From: Eledone cirrhosa | Taxonomy: Eukaryota | Direction: 5' to 3' | Length of the DNA: 64,000 nucleotides | Assembly: GCA_964016885.1 (NCBI GenBank) | Contig: OZ024741.1 | Coordinates: 36,456,001-36,520,000 of the forward strand | Part shown: piece by piece, positions 24,363 to 38,000 of the stretch | Layout of the letters: each line of letters begins with the position of its first letter | How positions within the stretch are numbered: position 1 is the stretch's first letter | Program-made: the position numbers and the translations under genes | The notes under the pieces: model-generated | What the model saw: only the letters and a program-made list of their open reading frames with translations | What the model was told of the DNA's origin: nothing | The model's database searches: none

Positions 24363-27279
24363 AACATTTTAATGCTAAAACATTTCTAAAATAAAATCAT
24401 GTATATGAAGCCTACTTTCTTCATTAGCTTATTTGTGATCCCACTACACTTTGTGAATCCATTGTATATACTGAGTACATCATCATCTTAATCGTCTTTA
24501 CATTGCTTGCATGAATTGGACAGGTCTTTTCTAGCACAGCCTCTCTCCACACATTGTGTTCATTTGTCATCTCCTGGGAGGTTCAGCCATTTGAGATCCG
24601 CTCTCACCACCTCCATCCAGGTCTTCCTCTACTGCGGCTTCCTTCCACTAGGATTTCTTGGCATTTCTACACACAGTGATCCTCATCCATGCGTATCACA
24701 CGTCTATACCAGTGCTGTCTGCTCTCACCATCTCCGCCCAGGTTTTCCTTCCTCTGGGAGCTCCTGGCACTTTTGTTCACCTAATAATCATCCCCCATAT
24801 GCATCACATGATCATACCAACACAGTCTTCTCTCTTGCAAACTATATTTGATTCCTCTTATACAGTTTCTTTCTCAGTTCATCCATGCTTTGCTACCTAT
24901 ATGGAATTTCTTTCTACTCATTTTTTACATATCGTGTATAGTCATTTCTGATAGCAGGATCATATCTTCTTTTTTATTTGGTAAGAGAGAAAGCAACATC
25001 CCTGACATTTTTTTTTTTTTTTTAAATTTGCTTGAAGCATTGTGGAATAGTAAAAATGGTCGTTTTTGGAAGCTTCTACAATGCAGAAAGATAAATCTCC
25101 AGAACAACAAAATGAGGTGGCAGTAGGAAGAATAGGAATACGAGAGGAGAGGAGAAAGATAGGAAAAAGAAATGTAAAATGAAAATGAAAAGCTAGTTAC
25201 CTTGGAATTGATTTATTAGTCCCTATATTTCGGACTTCTCATCCATCATCTGCGGGGGGGGGGGGGGGGGGGTCCAAAGGAACCTTGGAGATTGTTGGAG
25301 AGGAATTTATATGGCCATGTGTTGCTAGTGTCAGTGTCAAACTGTTGCAGAGCCTTATAGTTCTAGATACATTATATTTAAAAACAAGAGATGAGATAAG
25401 CATAACAAAAATACATTTTGTATATATAGGTTTGCTGGATAAGGCCTGACATTGGGATAAACAGCAACAACATTATAGAATGGCTAGAATGACATAGAGG
25501 TTTAATCTTTGATGAATTATGATCCCACTAGACTTCCATACTAAATAGACTTGTATGAATGTACAACTCCAAACTTAGCTTGAAAAAAAAGGGGGAAGGG
25601 ACATTTCTTGGGTGCTATTTCCTCTATAACTCAGTTCTCATTGAGTGTCATATTCAATAGATTGAGATCAGACTTATGGCACTACATTGCACCTAGGATT
25701 CGTGGCAAACTTTATAGCAGAGTCTGTCAATTGTCTTTATAAAATACTATTGGTCATGATAACAAAATTGATTCATCAAGGATATCTGTTTATTCTCTTG
25801 AGTAAGTGTTAGCACTGGGATCATTAATCTGTATATTTCATGTGTTAAATGTAATTCTGCTTAGTATAAACAATAGCAGGGTTGGATTAACCATTAAGCA
25901 AAATAAACACATACAAGGGAAGAGGAGCACTATTTTATTCAAATTAAATGTATTTTTTTTTTTTTTAAATTGCAGACTGTATATATGTGTATGTAGGGGG
26001 GGGGGGGGGGGGTTAAGTAATCAAAAGCACTTAATTTCGGCCTGCTGGGTATTAATAGGTTGTAAGAGATAACATCATGAGTTCCAGAACCCTTTTCACT
26101 ATAATGTCTTCTTCTGATTTGATTTGGTACTTAATGCTTAGGACCTCAAAATAATTTAATCTGTCCAGAACTGGAACCATTAATCTGTAGATTCAAGATG
26201 AATGTAATTCTGTTTATTAAATAGAGACTGACAACTGATATGATGGAAAATAGCAATTTATTGCAACACTTTCTTTGGAAATGTTTAAAGTTTGAACAAA
26301 ATGCTAAAACAATAAATTAAGAGAAATCTATAAAACTGAAGTTGTGTGACAGGAGGAACAAACTTGTTTTCTTTGGTATTTTTGGTAGAGTCAAACAGAC
26401 TCATTAACTCTTTTGATATTCAATCACCCGTGGTTCTAAGATACTGTGTTGTTTTCTTTAGTATGTTTATATTTTTCATAAAATCTTCCAACATAATCTT
26501 ATGTAAGGACAGTTATTAAAATATGTTCAAAATACCTATAATAATGTCTAAGTCAAAGTCTGTCTCAAGCCAGGAGGGTCGTTAGACCAGTGCTTAGCTG
26601 GCATGGTGTTACAATTTGGAAGGTGCATGGGAGGAGTGATGGGGGTGTAAGTGGCACATCTTATATGTATGCTGAAGCCCCTGCACACGGAAAGGCAGAT
26701 CCTCTGTATTACTGCATAACGCCAGAGATCACGGTTCAGTGTCATCACCTTTAAGAGGTGCAATTGTGCAAGGTCAACTTTTATCACCTCATCCTAAATC
26801 TTCCTATTCCATAGCTTCCATCAACTTGGAGTACCCTGCACCTTTTTATACAGCTGTCATCCTTCATATGCCCATACCAATGCATTGCTGTTAGTATACA
26901 TGCATCATACAATCTGCCCTTCATTTTGAGAAAAAAACCTTTCGTAGTTAGCAATGGTAGTAACTCCTTGAACTTTCTCCAACCCTTTCTCACTCTGGAT
27001 ACTGTGCTCTCGGACCACTCTCCTCCACAGCTAATTTGGTCACATACATATTTATTAGACAGATGTCTAATTCATTCAAGGTTTTGGGGAGATACTGGGC
27101 ACCTTAAAATATGTTTAGAAACAGGTAGATTAAAAATACATTTTTTATTAAAACATCTTGTTCACAATTTATATAATGTTTGATTTACAAAAGAAACAAA
27201 TGATTAGAAATAAAAAAAAAAATTATTAAAAATAAAAACCAAAGATGTACACACTCAATTACACGCTACAACAGACGTA

Positions 27280-27575
27280 AGCCAAGACATTCACAGTATT
27301 GCCGCGTATGCAAGCGGCGAGGCTAAGGCGTTAGAATAGCGAAGCACCTCACAATTAAAGATCATCATTGGCGGCTCGCCTAATAGAGGTGACTGGCGAA
27401 TCTCGCGAGGGTGCTTGGCTGTTTCAGAGCATCAGCCTCGCCATCACACGAGGCAACGCTGCGAGTGTGTTGGCTTGCCTCAAAAATCATTAGAGAGGTT
27501 GCCCAGTACTCGCGACGTTGCTGTCTTTTGCTCTGGTGTTGGCTCCGTTGTCCACCCCTTCCTTTACATTTTCTT
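27280..27575. other. CpG/GC-rich, strongly self-complementary island (candidate structured ncRNA or distal promoter)
   Basis: Stems GGCGAGGCT/AGCCTCGCC, AAGCACC/GGTGCTT, GAGGCAA/TTGCCTC, GCCGC/GCGGC, AAGACA/TGTCTT; unique in window with AT-rich flanks. Confidence 0.4.
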
Positions 27576-28029
27576 TAATATCGTAGCACTGAAGGAATAT
27601 ATCTTTCATTGGATCATCCTTTGTAGTGTTACCGAGGCATTTGTAATGTTATTTATGTATATATTTAAAACATATTTGTTATGTTATTCTAATGTAAATT
27701 TATTTATATGCCCTGTTTATATTTTCATTCTGAAGGAATTGCAAACGATTTGTAATGTTTGTGCAACTATGAAGTATATATTTGTGAAATAAAGTATTAT
27801 ACTATTAAAGATCTACAGGCATAATTTCATACTGAGAAGATAATTATTCTGCAAGGTAAAAAAAAAGAAGCCTACACAAATACTGAATGTTACAGAGCAT
27901 TCAAACCATGTTGAAAGTAAATATAAAATATTTCAGTGGAGTTTGTAATATCGCTTGCTTGTTTGGACGGCTAAACAGGAAAATATGTGAATATTTAAGG
28001 CACATAATTCTCTGATTATATTTTAAATT

Positions 28030-28365
28030 CCAGACGCATTTCGTTAAACTGCGACTCCTTTAATATTACACCGTTTACCACGTGATCTCTATGGCGGTAG
28101 AGACGGACGAGTGTTTACAAAAATTACTGTAATAAATATTTAGGCCAAAAATATTTATTGAGGTGAGTTGTTACTATATTAACCGATTTCTAGTACTGAA
28201 CACAATGATATACAATTAAAAGAACCAGTTACTTTATTCTGTGTAGCTCAATCAAATATGACTTAGACAAATGACATGGTTGGCTTTTTTTTTAAAGCCG
28301 CCAAAATAAGTGTTCCGTAAATCTGCCACATTCATTCATGTTTTGTGCGAACAAAAAAGGTAAGT
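28030..28365 (+). promoter_or_regulatory. Probable SMC6 promoter with two alternative non-coding first-exon donor sites
   Basis: Repeat-free with retained CpGs; consensus donors AG|GTGAGT (28163) and AG|GTAAGT (28360); E2F-like GCCGCCAAAA at 28297-28306; the ATG exon begins at an acceptor, so an upstream exon is required. Confidence 0.55.
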
Positions 28366-30999
28366 TGTTTAGACGTTAAGCATGTGAAACCAGCGATATA
28401 TCTGGACATGTTATTAAATTTGTGAGCTATTCAGATATAATATATGCAATTTTTAATTAGTATTCCGTGTACATGGTAATAACGTAAATATTGACTAATT
28501 ATAGATTATTTATCTTATATATCATCGTTAATTGTTTTAGTACTTCTCTGTTTTGGTTTCCGATTGTGTACCAACCACTATATTACGATTATCTTTGTTA
28601 TTTTTTTTTTATTTCTTCTGTAAGTTCCTTAATGTTCATAGTATTTTGTCATTCATTATTTTTTAATGCTTTTGTACAATATCCGAAATCTGAATATCGG
28701 AGCAGAAAGAAGGGATTTCAGAATAGCGTTTGTATTGAGGAGCTAAACTAGACATTTTCGGTATTATTATAGGATTCCTTATCAAAATAGTGATTTCTAA
28801 TTTAGGCACAAGGCGATCAATTTTTAGGGGTGGTGAATCAATTACATCGACCTCAGTTATTGCCCAGTACTTTATTTTATCGATCTCTGAAGGATGCTAT
28901 GAAGACCCGGAACAAATACTACTAAGCATTTGTTCGACGCTTTAACGATTCTGCCAATTCACCGCCTTCTACTCCTGATCAAAATAATTGTTTTTGGCAT
29001 TGGCACAAGGCCAGCAATTTGGGGAGTGGGAAAGTTGATTATATCGACCCCACTACTCTTTATCCATCCAGGATGAAAGGCAAAGTGGACGTCTGCGGGA
29101 TGTTCACTCAGAACTTAGAAAGTCGTAACTAATTGCCGCAAAGCAATTTGTCTAACGCTCTATCGACTCTGCCAATCCACCGCATTCCACTTATCATCAA
29201 AATAATGGTTTTTAATTTAAGCACAAGGCCAACAATTTTTGAGGAAGGGGAAAATCGAGTAAATAGATTCCTTTACGTTACTGGTACTTGATTTTACCAA
29301 AACAACGGAAGCATTAATATACTTGTTTCATGTTTTTGTTTTTAAATTGAAATCATTGAGAAAACGTTCTTAGATAAATGGTAAATATATCCAAAAAGAA
29401 GGTTTTTATAAAATTTGATTAGACTTTAAGTATCCATACTTTGCAGGGGAAAGTTTGGGTTTTTATTTAAATTTTTTTTTTCCCTAGAATAATTTAAAAT
29501 TGATAAAATAAAATAATTCGAAATGAACAAAATTACATACTCATTTCATTATTCAATTTTCGATATTATAAGGACTTATCTAGCTACACTTTACTATTTT
29601 TATCAATGTGTAGTAATTTGTGATATCTCGTAGATATTCCATTAATCCTACAAGTCCTTCACGGGAGACCACTATGTGTTTCAAGTATCCATAACAACAT
29701 CAATAGCATTATTTCTGAATGCACTGGGTAATTGCTGGCCTTGTGCCTAAAGTAGAAACAATTATTTCTGAAATGTCGATTCATCACTACATGCGCAATA
29801 CGTGGTTCTAGAAATGGCATTACATTACTATTGAAATTGCATGAGTTCAAATCCCGCCGAGGTTAACTTTGCCTGTTATCCTTACGGTGTCGATAAAATA
29901 AAGTACCAGTAATGCACTGTGATAAATGCTGGCCTTGTGCCAAAAGTAGAAATAATTATTACGATTGATACTGTTCATTATCAACATTAAATCCGAAGGC
30001 GGAGTCGAGAATAAAAAAGGTTACGTTTACAACACTAAGTGATCCTTAATTTATCGTGCTCCACGCTCACTTTAGTCACAGTTACTGAGTGACAATGGAA
30101 CTCTAGACTCAAGGATCGCGATGGGGCCACAATTAAAGAACGAAAGTATTAAATAATGGTTTCTGATTTAGGCACAAGGGCAACAATTTTGAGGTAGTAG
30201 AAAGTATTAAATCGACCTCAGTGCCCTATGTATTAAATAATTGTTTCTACTTTTTGGCACGGCCAGCAATTAGCCCAGATGAAAATCAAAGTTAACTTCG
30301 TACAGGGCGGAAGTAAACAAGCTAAACAACTTTCTCTTTCTTAAGGTTAGCCAATCATCGTTTTACGTCTGCTTTCTATGCTGGCATAGATTGGACGGGT
30401 TATTACTGTCCTAATAAATCGTTACTGTTACTTCCCTCGTAGACAGGTCAGAGGACCACATTAACGCTCGTATTTTCCGCTTTTTTTTTTCTTTTTGCAT
30501 TTCTCGCATGCGAATACAATTATATTCACATACTCGTTCTTCATTCCCATTGAAAACACTGAAAAACAAAGGTTTGTGGTAGAGCCTGTAGCAGTGGAGA
30601 CTTCCGGTGTTCTTCAACCCAGGGACCACAACACATCTGCTCACTGCAGTGGTCAATCCCGAACAGGGTCCCCACAGTCTTTCACGGGTACGGAATTCTT
30701 TCCCACTAATGCCATTGCTCGATATATGCACAACTTGTACAATTAACCATATAAGCAGGGAAGGTTTCGGATCAAAAGGATTCGATTGCATTAAAATTAC
30801 CGTCATGTCTAAGGAACAGTACAGGTAACAGCCAAGACAATTACAGTAATAACTTTTATACTTTTTGTTTCTCTCACCAAGTTGCAGTTTCAGTGGTATT
30901 ATTTGCGCCAGTCACCAATCTGGTACTTTGTCAAGTAGAAGACTAGGTTTTATTAGAGTCAGCCTTTACTCTCCTCTTCATAGCTATGTCATTGGATTG

Positions 31000-31990
31000 T
31001 GGGAGTTTTCTTGGGAGCTACAGGTGTGTCCCATTGCTCCATCTCCCTTAGTAGTTTACCGCTGTTTGTCAGGGGTTGTGACCTATTCTCTAGCTGAACA
31101 GCTCTGCCAAGAATGTCTCTACATGAATACCTAAGTATTTGTGCTAAATTGGAACCATGTGGGAGTTGGACTTTGCCAAGGGTGCATACTGTCACCTCTC
31201 CTGTTCGTTATTTTCATGAACAGGATTGCCATGTGCAGCTGGGTTGGAAGTGATATCATGACTGGAATTTGCAGACAACTGGTGTTACTTAACTTGACAG
31301 ATGGTGATCTCCGACATTTGATAAGTTTAATACAAAGTACTGCAAAAAGGGAGACACTCGTCTGCTCAAGGAAGCCTGTGCAGTGCACTCAACATGTGAA
31401 TGGAGTTCCACTGAAGCAGATGAAGTTCTAGTATCTCAGAGCCATGTTAATGAGTGATGGAAGGCAGGAGGCTGAATTAAGTGCAAGAATTGTGGGAGCT
31501 GATGCAGTAATGCGCCTGCTTCAGCATTCGGTAATCAGAAGGGAGGTAGGTGTGAAATCCAAACTTGCTATCTTCAATTCGGTATTTGTGCCAACCCTTA
31601 CCTATGATCATGAATACAAGCGGCTGAAATAGGGTTCCTCCAAAGGGTCTTTGAAGTAACATTACTCAATAGAGTGCATAGCTCCGAGATCAGAGAGTCA
31701 CTCCAAGTAGAGCTGCTACTTCTCTGAATTGAGAAATCACAGCTCCAATATTATGGACATATGGTTAAAATGTCCCAGGAAAGAATCGCTGAACAGATTT
31801 TATGACCAAAACCAACCAGCAGGATAGACCCCGAGCAAGATGGTTGGATAACATCCATGAACTTGGCTGGTCTTATTTGGGGATCCAGCCAAATCAGTTG
31901 GAGACAGATGCTTCTGACAGGACCCACTGGAAGGAGTACTTGAAGACTGCCCCTACATCCCTCTCAGGAATAAATTGTCAAAGAAGAAGC
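31000..31990 (+). mobile_element. Degenerate RTE LINE of a second family (3' part; relatives at ~4510-4630 and 33900-34350, minus)
   Basis: GVGLCQGCILSPLLFVIFM, FNSVFVPTLTY, RPRARWLDNI. Confidence 0.8.
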
Positions 31991-32249
31991 TTATATGCTC
32001 ACTGTAAATAACATCAGTTTTATGTCCATTTTTTAATGCTGGCATTAGTAAGATGAGACTTTTTGAGACAGAATTCTATAACTGGATGCCCTTCACTTTA
32101 TTTTTGTTTTTAAAATAAGGTACAGTTTTTCACACATCAATTACTGAGCAGTGAGCTATCTGTTTATGCAGGACATAAAACAATATTACCCTCTGAAATG
32201 TCGAAAGGAAGAGAAGAGAGAAATAAACACAGACATGAATGCATAACAT

Positions 32250-33800
32250 ATATGTGTGGCATCATCGTTTTTATGTCCGTTTTTTTTCCACACTTGAATG
32301 TGTTGGACAGGTTCTTCTCATCACAACATTTCAGTCATCGCGTTCCTTCATCATCTCCTCTGCAAGTTTTAGCGATTTCAGGTCAGCTTTCACACCCTCT
32401 GCCCAGGTCTTTCTTGGTCTATCTCTACTGTGGCTTCCTTCCACTGGGATTTCTTAGTGTTTCTAAACTCAGCTGCTACTTTTGATGGTCCTGCGGCTTT
32501 ACCATTCATCCCCTTGATTGCGTATTTGACTCTAAAACTGTCAACCTCAATTCCCATACCTGTCTTTGGCTTTGTCTACTGTGCTGTTCCAACACCAGGT
32601 AACCCTCTGTCTGGCTGGCACTTTACTCCAGTCGCAAGTTTAATCAGTAGTTCACAAAAAGTTGTCACATAAGAATTTTCAGTTGTCTTCTACGTTATAT
32701 GTATCTAACTCGTCACACCTCTCATCAAATTCATCTTGTAGAGTTTTTCTAAACGTATATTTAACCAAAAGGTCCTTTAACTTCCAAACCCTCCATCTCC
32801 ATATTTTCCTGCGTGTATTGTTCTGTCTTGTTTATTTTGATGTCACTAATAACTAACTTGTGTTGGGCAGTGCATTCTTCCCAGGGAAGGCCTTAGTATT
32901 TATTACAGTCCGTTTATTTCATTGTCTTACAAGTAATTAATCAATTTGTCTTGTGTGTTCATATGATTGATATGAGATCAGATGATTAGCAGGCTTCCTG
33001 AAATTTGTGTTTCAACTGGTTCATTTGTGTCACAGAATTCCAGGTGCCTCAATCCGTCTTTATTCATTGAGCCATAACCATAGCCACTGAGCTCCACTGA
33101 ATCCATCCTGGTACTGTCCCACATGTCCATTGAAGTTGCCTGCCAAGAGGATGAGGTCACCTTTATCGGTATCTGAAGTTGTCTATAAAAGTTCCTTATA
33201 GAACTTTTTGTTCTTTACTCAGTCCTGCTTGCCGAGCATAGGTAGATGTAATTGTCACCAGTCTATTTCCTACAGCTAATCTAAACTTGTTGATTCTATC
33301 ACTTACTCTAATTACATCTATCACCTTATCTATTCATTTCTCAGCTAGTAAGATGCCTACACCTCCTACTCCATCATCATTTCCTACCCAGTAGAGTTTA
33401 TATTTAAGTTGTTTGCCTGTGATTAGTCACGCTGTGGCACCCCTCCATTTCACTTCTTGTATACAGCATACATCTACTCCTCTTCTCTCTACCAGTTCCA
33501 CAATTTCACCTGATTTAACTTTCAGAGTGGCAGTCCTGAGATTTGTACCATGACAGTTGTTGCTACTTCCTTGGGTGGAGGTTCTATGTACCTGAAAGGG
33601 AAAGTAGCTGTGTGATTGCTTGATGATGGTTGACGGGTTCTTGCACATGGCTACACTAGCCACCTCACTAACATGACTTGTGTCAGCCCTATGTACACAA
33701 TTAGTGAGAATCATATTGGTTATGCTTTTCATATTTTGGCTGGGTTTTTCTGGTTGGATGCCCTTCCTATAACTAACCTCTTTACGGCGTGAGCTGACTG
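32250..33800 (-). mobile_element. Degenerate RTE LINE retaining its 5' end and AP endonuclease, internally deleted
   Basis: TLKVKSGEIVELVERRGVDVCCIQEVKWRG, GYGYGSMNKDGLRHLEFC; 3' tail remnant near 32260-32450. Confidence 0.75.
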
Positions 33801-34824
33801 CATTATTCATGCCAGCAGGACTAGAAAGGTTGTCTTACCAGATTTAAGAGTCCTCTCCACCCTGTATCAGTTTTTCTTTGGAGTGTCTACTCCACAGTAG
33901 CTTTTTTAAATCAGTCACTGCCCTGTTAGATGGGTTGCCTTCACTATGGCTTATGGAGTCCATATTTGCCTCATCCAGTTTTTAATTGGAATCACTGCTA
34001 TTCTAGACGGATTGCCTTCACTACGGCTTGCAGATTCCATGTTTGCCCAGTGCAATTTCTTTCTTCTTCTCCCACTCTTCTTCTCCTCCTCCTCCCACTT
34101 AACTCTGAGAGGATTGTTGGAAGCAGAGTCCTCAAACACTCCCTCCAGCGGGGCTTGTCAGAAGCAACTGTCTCCAAGTGATCCGGCTGGATCCCCAAAC
34201 GAGACCAGCCAAGCTCATTGATGTTATCCAACTATCTTGCTCAGAGTCTACCTCTGGGTCTCCTGCCAGTTGTTTTTGCTCGTAAAATCGGTCCAGCGAT
34301 TCTCTCCTGAGACATTCTAACCACATGCCCATAGTATCAGAGCTGTGATCTCAATGTTTATATTTATATAAAAATATTCCATCATGAATGTATTAAGTTA
34401 TGCCCCAAACACCAGCTTAACAATAAAAAAGTTATAATACTAAATCTCTCCAAATTCGTGATTATTTTAAAAATGATTTGAGAATCATAGACAGTATTTT
34501 TCATTAGAAATACAGTTGTTGTATGACGTAGATGAATGCTGCAGAAAGTTTGAAAAGCTTTTCACATCATTATTACAAAGGCGGTGGATTGGTAGTATCG
34601 GTAGTGGGTCAGATGCCCTGCTTTGCAGCATAGAGTTACGGCCCTTTGTGGTCTGAGTTCAAATCCTACTGAGGTTAACTTTGCTTTTCATCCTTACGGG
34701 GATCAATAAAATAAAGCACCAGTAATGCACTGGGATAATTGCTGGCTTTCTGCCAGAAGTAGAAACAATTATTCCATATTGCAACAGTTAGATGTATACA
34801 GCTTTCTCAATTTTCTTGAAACAG

Positions 34825-35010
34825 ATGCCAAAACGCCAAAGACATGGCAAACACAGTGAGGGAGACAGCCGAAACGGTAATGAAGACAGTTCAGCCAAGA
34901 AGAAGATGCGTCCATCAACATTATCAGACGAGGAAGATGAAGTTGTTTCAGACGACAGCAATTCTCATACATCACAGAACCCAGACTTTTTATATCAACC
35001 AACCATGGGT
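34825..35010 (+). CDS. SMC6: SMC6 coding exon 1 (MPKRQRHGK...QPTMG; basic NLS-like plus acidic N-terminal tail)
   Basis: Acceptor ttcttgaaacag directly before ATG; donor GTAAGT at 35011; 186 nt, phase 0 matches next exon. Confidence 0.8.
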
Positions 35011-38000
35011 GTAAGTAAAGCTTACTCTCTTTACTAACTTAACCCTTCAACATTTACATTACTCTATATTTACTATTATATTTTTGTGGTAAAGCCTTTA
35101 CCTCACGTAATATCGAACTTATGAGATTTTATATTATCTATTTTGAGAACAATACCTTAACATCAGTATGAACAGCCAGTTTGAACAGAAAGAGGTGAGA
35201 CAATTCTGGCTGAATATGGCCGGTTTAAACGTTAAACGGTTAACTACTTGTTAAACCTTTTGATAATCAACCTAACCTTAACCAGCTCTGTATCTATGAA
35301 ACAAAACCTACTTAACCCTTTTGGTGACCAACCCAACCAAAACCAGCTCCTATTTTGATCGAAACATAATTTTATATAAGAGCCATATCTTAAGTTACTA
35401 TTTTAGTATTGAAATAATTAATAATTGTAGTAAATCCCTCCAAATTCTTCATTAATTAATTAAAATAGAGTGTATTTCAATACAAGTATAGTCACGAAAG
35501 CGTTATGTTGGAATGCTTCATGATTTTATTCTTTTACTGGTTTCAGTCATAAAACTGGCCATGCTGGGGCACCACCTTAAAGGGAATTAGTTAATCATAT
35601 TGATCCCAGTGCATAAGGCACATACATTCATTTTCATTTAATTTCATTTTACGTCCGCTTTTCCCTGCTTGCAAGGGTGGGACGGGAACTGATTCTTGCT
35701 TGATTTCTACAGCTGGATGCCCTTCCTAACATCAACCTCATTTACAGTGTGCTGGGAGCTTTTTTTTCCGTGGCGCCTACACGTCCACTTTGCAGTGTGG
35801 GCCGGGTGCTTTTTTGCCATGGCACCTCCACGACCACTTTGCAGTGAAATGTCCCTATCATCTCATTTCTACAGCTGAGTAAACTGGAGCAATGTGAAAT
35901 ATAGTGTCTTGCTCAAGGAAACAACACATCACCTGGTCTGAGAATTGAACTCACAACCTTTTGATTGCAAGGCCAATGCTCTAACCACTAAGCCATATGC
36001 CTCCATAGATGTATGTATCATCATCATCTATCATATATGTATGTATCATCGTTTTACGTACATTTTTCCACGCTGGCATGGGTTAGATGTTTTGTTCTGT
36101 TATGGGTAATGTTAGGTCAGGTGACCATGTCTTGCTCTTACAAAACTAATTATGTATGTGAATATGTGTCTATGTGTATAGATACACAGACATACATAGA
36201 TTGATTTTGCCTTTCAGCTTTCCAGTTTTAATATGCCATGATAGAATGTATCCTGTACACTTTGAAAAATGGTGGTGCTGGTGCCATGAAAAAATATACC
36301 CCATTCACACTTAAAAGTAGCAATTATGATAAAATGCACCCAGTTCCCTCTGTTGTTAGGAAGGGCATCTAGCCATAGAAACCATGCCAAAATGGAACAT
36401 GTGAGCAAGATATGATCATTTGACCTGTCTAGTCTCAGAACATGACAATCTGTCTAATGTATACAAGCATTGAAAATAGATGTAGAACAGTGTTGATGAT
36501 GGTGACGGCGCCGGTAATAATAAACTGCTTATGAAGTAATAGTTTAGACATTCTATACTCACAACCCCAAAGCTATAGCTTTGTCCCTATGTTAGAAATC
36601 TTTAGTATTACAAATTTGCCATTTTAATACAAGACTTACCTGTTTGAGGGACCTACTGTCACCTTTTAATAGTCACAGGCCTGGCGGTATGGTTAAGAAG
36701 TTTACTTCACAACCATGTGGTTTTGGTTTTCATTCCATTGTCTGGTACTTTAGGCAAATGTCTTCTACTATAACTTTGAGCTGACCAAATGCTAGTAGAT
36801 GGAAACTGTTAAGAAGCCCGCCATGTATTTATGTCTGAACCCATAACTCCTAGTGGAGTCGTAAGGGTGTCGTTTTGTCATAACAGCATTTCCTGGGCAT
36901 TTATAAACCTGATGGAGCCCATCCCTTCTCCAGGTTTGAACCCAGCAAATTTCTTTCAGATAAGGAGAGAAAAATGAGAAAGGAAGGAACCACCCCAGTA
37001 TTTCACTGGTACTTTTTTTTATCAACCTCAAAAAGATGAAAGTCAAAGTTGATTTTGGTAGGATTTGAGCTCAGAGTGCAGAGAGCTGGAACAAATACCA
37101 CAAACCATTCTGTCCAATGTTCTAACAATTTGCCCATTTACCACACTCCTCCCTCTCTATCTATCTATATAGAGAGAGAAAGAGAGAGATGTATGTGTGT
37201 TAGTTTACCATGTATGGTCATATCAGCAACATTTGGTATCATTTGTTTATGTCCCATAGCATAGTGATGTGATGAAAATGAGCAGTGTATACTATACTAA
37301 TGAATAAAGTATGGGTTGGCATCAGGAAGGGCATCCAACTGTAGAAAAACTACTTAAAAGAAGTCTTGATCAACCCATGCTAGCATAAGAAAACGTGTGT
37401 AAAATGATAACAATGATGAAAATAATGACTAATATTGTTGTTATCATAAAACTGAATACTGAGTCTTTGGATTCACTTGGACTATATTCCATGAAGAAAA
37501 GTTGTCCCCAGGTCTTCTTCAGCTGGAGTTTAGTGATATCATCAGAGGGGAAACTAAGGGTTTATTCCTTTGTCTGCCAGAATCTGAAGTCAATGCAAGT
37601 GAGAGGTGTCAGGCGTCTCAATCAAATCCTTACTCTATTTTTCTACAGGAACAATGCCAGATTGGGTACATTCAGAAGGTTGTCTTAAAGAATTTCATGT
37701 GCCACCACAAACTGGAAGTGAAATTTGGTCCACACGTCAACTTTATTATCGGAAGAAATGGAAGTAAGTTCCTGTGTTTTGTTTTGTTTTTTATTTTCAT
37801 CGGGTATACGAGAGGTTCTCAAAGTGAGTGCTAACACCCTCCTGGGGGCATTGAGAAGGGGTAGGGAGGTCTAGATGATATAATAGTGTATTAAATATCA
37901 AAGCATACATATTATATATCATCATCATATGTCTGCTTTTCCCTGCTTGCAAGGGTGGGACGGGAACTGATTCTGGCTTGATTTCTACAGCTGGATGCCC

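Noticed and set aside
25270-26260. Exon-like segments on both strands in a unique stretch
   Set aside because: Splice signals and frames do not join into a coherent or recognisable product
27280-27575. Telomerase RNA or U3 snoRNA
   Set aside because: No CTAACCCT template on either strand; only a short GCCAATGATGATC resemblance to U3 box C, without boxes A, B or D in order
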